NCBI GenBank assembly: GCA_035193785.1
Contig: CP136572.1
Coordinates: 4,952,464-4,984,463 of the forward strand
DNA length: 32,000 nucleotides
Origin: Planktothrix sp. GU0601_MAG3
GTDB lineage: Bacteria; Cyanobacteriota; Cyanobacteriia; Cyanobacteriales; Microcoleaceae
Direction of reading: 5' to 3'
Both the position numbers and the translations under genes were made by a program. Below the pieces are notes generated by a model. It saw nothing but the letters and a program-made list of their open reading frames with translations. It was not told the origin of the DNA and did not search any database. Below are positions 30,180 to 32,000 of the stretch, in pieces; position 1 is the first letter of the stretch; each line of letters starts with the position of its first letter.

Positions 30180-31863
30180 TTAATACTGAGTTTTTAATAA
30201 GTCTTCAATAAAAACTTGAGTTTCCGGGGGAATATCAGTAATTAAACGCACCGGAAAAGCGGGAGTTGAGATAAATTGATAATATTCTGGAGTCAGGAAT
30301 ACCTGATATTTTTGGGCTTCGGGAGTCAGTTGGGCGGCGGTGGCTAAAACCATAGCTTTAGCATAATTCTTAACATCTTGTGAGGCATCTCCCACGATTT
30401 CACCCCCGGAAATGGGAGTCACAGGAATCCAACTTTGATCCCCAATAGTTCCAGGATCTCTGACACTTAAATGGGTGGCTCCTAAAACCCCTAATAATAA
30501 TTTTTCGGTTTTAATTTGGGGAAAAATAGCAATTTGTTCGGGTAAAGCGGGGGTGACTTTATCGGATGATTGGGTAAGAATTAAAGTAGGAACTTGAACT
30601 TGATTTAATCCTGTTTTTCCAAATATAACCGAAGCAGTGGGGGAAAATGCGATCGCCCGTTTAATTCGTGGGTCACTAAACCGATAACGATCATTTGGGA
30701 GTTTCTGCGGCTAAACATTGGGTAGCTTTTCCCAGACTAAAGGTAATAAAACTCTGATCACAACTTTTCCTTAATTGATCAATTTGGAACTCTCCCCCAG
30801 CTAAAGCTAAAGCCGTTGCTCCGCCGAAAGAATATCCAAATACTAAAGTATTATTAGTATTAAATTTACCTTTAAATCTAGGATCATTTATATTCAATTT
30901 TTCTAATTCATTCAAGGTAAAAATCAAATCTTGGGGACGTTCGATAATTTCCGTGGGAGATAAAAATAAATTCTGATTTACAAAATTCGCGTTACTCCCG
31001 GGGTGTTCGGGCACAATAACCGTATAGCCATGGGAGGCTAAATGTTCCATTAAATATCGTAATTCTTGATAATCAGAACCTCGACCATGGGAATAAAGAA
31101 TTAAGGGTTGATCGGGTGTAGCTGCGGAGGAAGAATAAATATAAACCGGAATATTGCGATCGCGTTGTTTATCCAGTAATTCTATGCGAGTAATTTCCAC
31201 TTTTCCTGGCCCGGGTTGACTAGGATCAAAAGGAATTGATGGAGCTTGAGATCCTTCAGGGGTGAGTTTAGGTAAGACCTCTAAAAGTAACCTTTGAGTT
31301 TGCCAAAATCCTTGATTTAATCGTGTTAAAACCGCAAAAGCTTGCGGAAGATTAATCTCAATCGTCGGTAAAGGATAGTTTTCTAAAAAATTAATAACGG
31401 ATAAGCCCTGTTCAGATTTAGCCGAAGACAGAATAGCTGTTTTAATCGCTGTTCCACCTTGAGATTTGTCCGCAGAAATAATCGTATCAATATCAGTTAA
31501 TAATCTAGTTCCCACTTGACTATTAACAATTTCTTCAACGGTTTCATCTTTAATTTTAATTTTAATGTTTAAAGCTCCTAAAGCCTGTTGCTTTTGTTCG
31601 GGCTTTAAAAAGCTAAAATAACCCAATAATCCCACAGGAACTTTCCCCGTTTCTGCAAATTCTTTTAAGTCTTTAACGGAAACCGTCGCATAAATAAATC
31701 CCTGTCTAATCACAACGGATTCCGCCGCCAGCAGGGGGGGGGTAAACGGAGGAAAACCACTTAAAATAGTAGTTGTGAAAAGACTCAGGGGAAACAACAA
31801 TTTTTTCCACTGGCGTTTGGCGCACTGTGCGGAAGCAGAAAGGGGAATTTGAACCATAATCAA
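30180..31863 (-). pseudogene. DUF1400-domain alpha/beta hydrolase, frame broken once
   Basis: The N-terminal part (30691-31863) has a DUF1400-like segment (VVIRQGFIYATVSVKDLKEFAETGKVP), then LILYSHGRGS and the nucleophile elbow GYSFGG. After + GTTTC 30701-30705 (sense GAAAC) the protein continues in the +1 frame without stops through 30423-30700 into ORF 30180-30422. Repair gives ATQCLAAE-LPNDRYRFSDPRIKRAIAFSP...GATHLSV... Confidence 0.8.
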
Positions 31864-31901
31864 AGATCTAGGTTAAACAATCCCAAAAGTTTAGCATCGA
31901 A

Positions 31902-32000
31902 TTATCCGATCGCCATCGGGGGGCGGTGCTGGGAAAAGGGTTGGGCTGCTTCAAGCTGGGCAGCTAAAGCGATTAGAGTGGCTTCAGAGGCTGGTTTTCC
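31902..32000 (-). CDS. 3' end of an unidentified ORF entering from the right edge
   Basis: The minus-strand frame is open from the window edge to TAA (complement of 31902-31904) and reads ...ASEATLIALAAQLEAAQPFSQHRPPMAIG*. It is too short to identify. Confidence 0.25.
   Translation of the reverse strand, partial: GKPASEATLIALAAQLEAAQPFSQHRPPMAIG

Overview
This looks like a chromosomal segment of a cyanobacterium, probably a filamentous Oscillatoriales-type genome. The HIP1 octamer GCGATCGC recurs (e.g. 799, 2413, 9519, 12709, 27851, 30650), base composition is AT-leaning, and cyanobacterial families are present (DUF1997, Uma2, Rpn/DUF4351, PBS-lyase HEAT repeats). The left edge carries the end of a CRISPR array of identical 37-bp repeats with no cas genes in view, followed by a probable leader. 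The rest is mostly housekeeping or accessory-metabolic: glyS, rnhB, pheA, queD, gatB, ilvC, two peroxiredoxin-type genes, a CobN/ChlH-family chelatase, an ArsR regulator, a CBS-domain histidine kinase, an LCP protein, an LD-carboxypeptidase and hydrolases. The most striking signal is 13 reading-frame breaks in 12 genes, including essential gatB and ilvC. Each is compatible with one extra nucleotide, and each lies at a GAAAC/GTTTC pentamer where deleting one base of the 3-nt run (GAAC/GTTC) restores a conserved protein junction. The pentamer occurs in either orientation relative to the coding strand. That argues against an mRNA recoding signal and for a DNA-level cause: a motif-specific sequencing or basecalling artefact (possibly tied to a base modification) or a site-specific insertion process. 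Other structures are a 90-bp tandem repeat x4.3 abutting a CorA-like gene, with that block bracketed by perfect 17-bp inverted repeats; a G5-tract / heptamer microsatellite / C-rich composite between convergent genes; and a 12-bp in-frame repeat inside an Rpn nuclease gene that shares its core with intergenic GGGAAT-type repeats. All family assignments come from motifs recognised by eye; no database search was possible.
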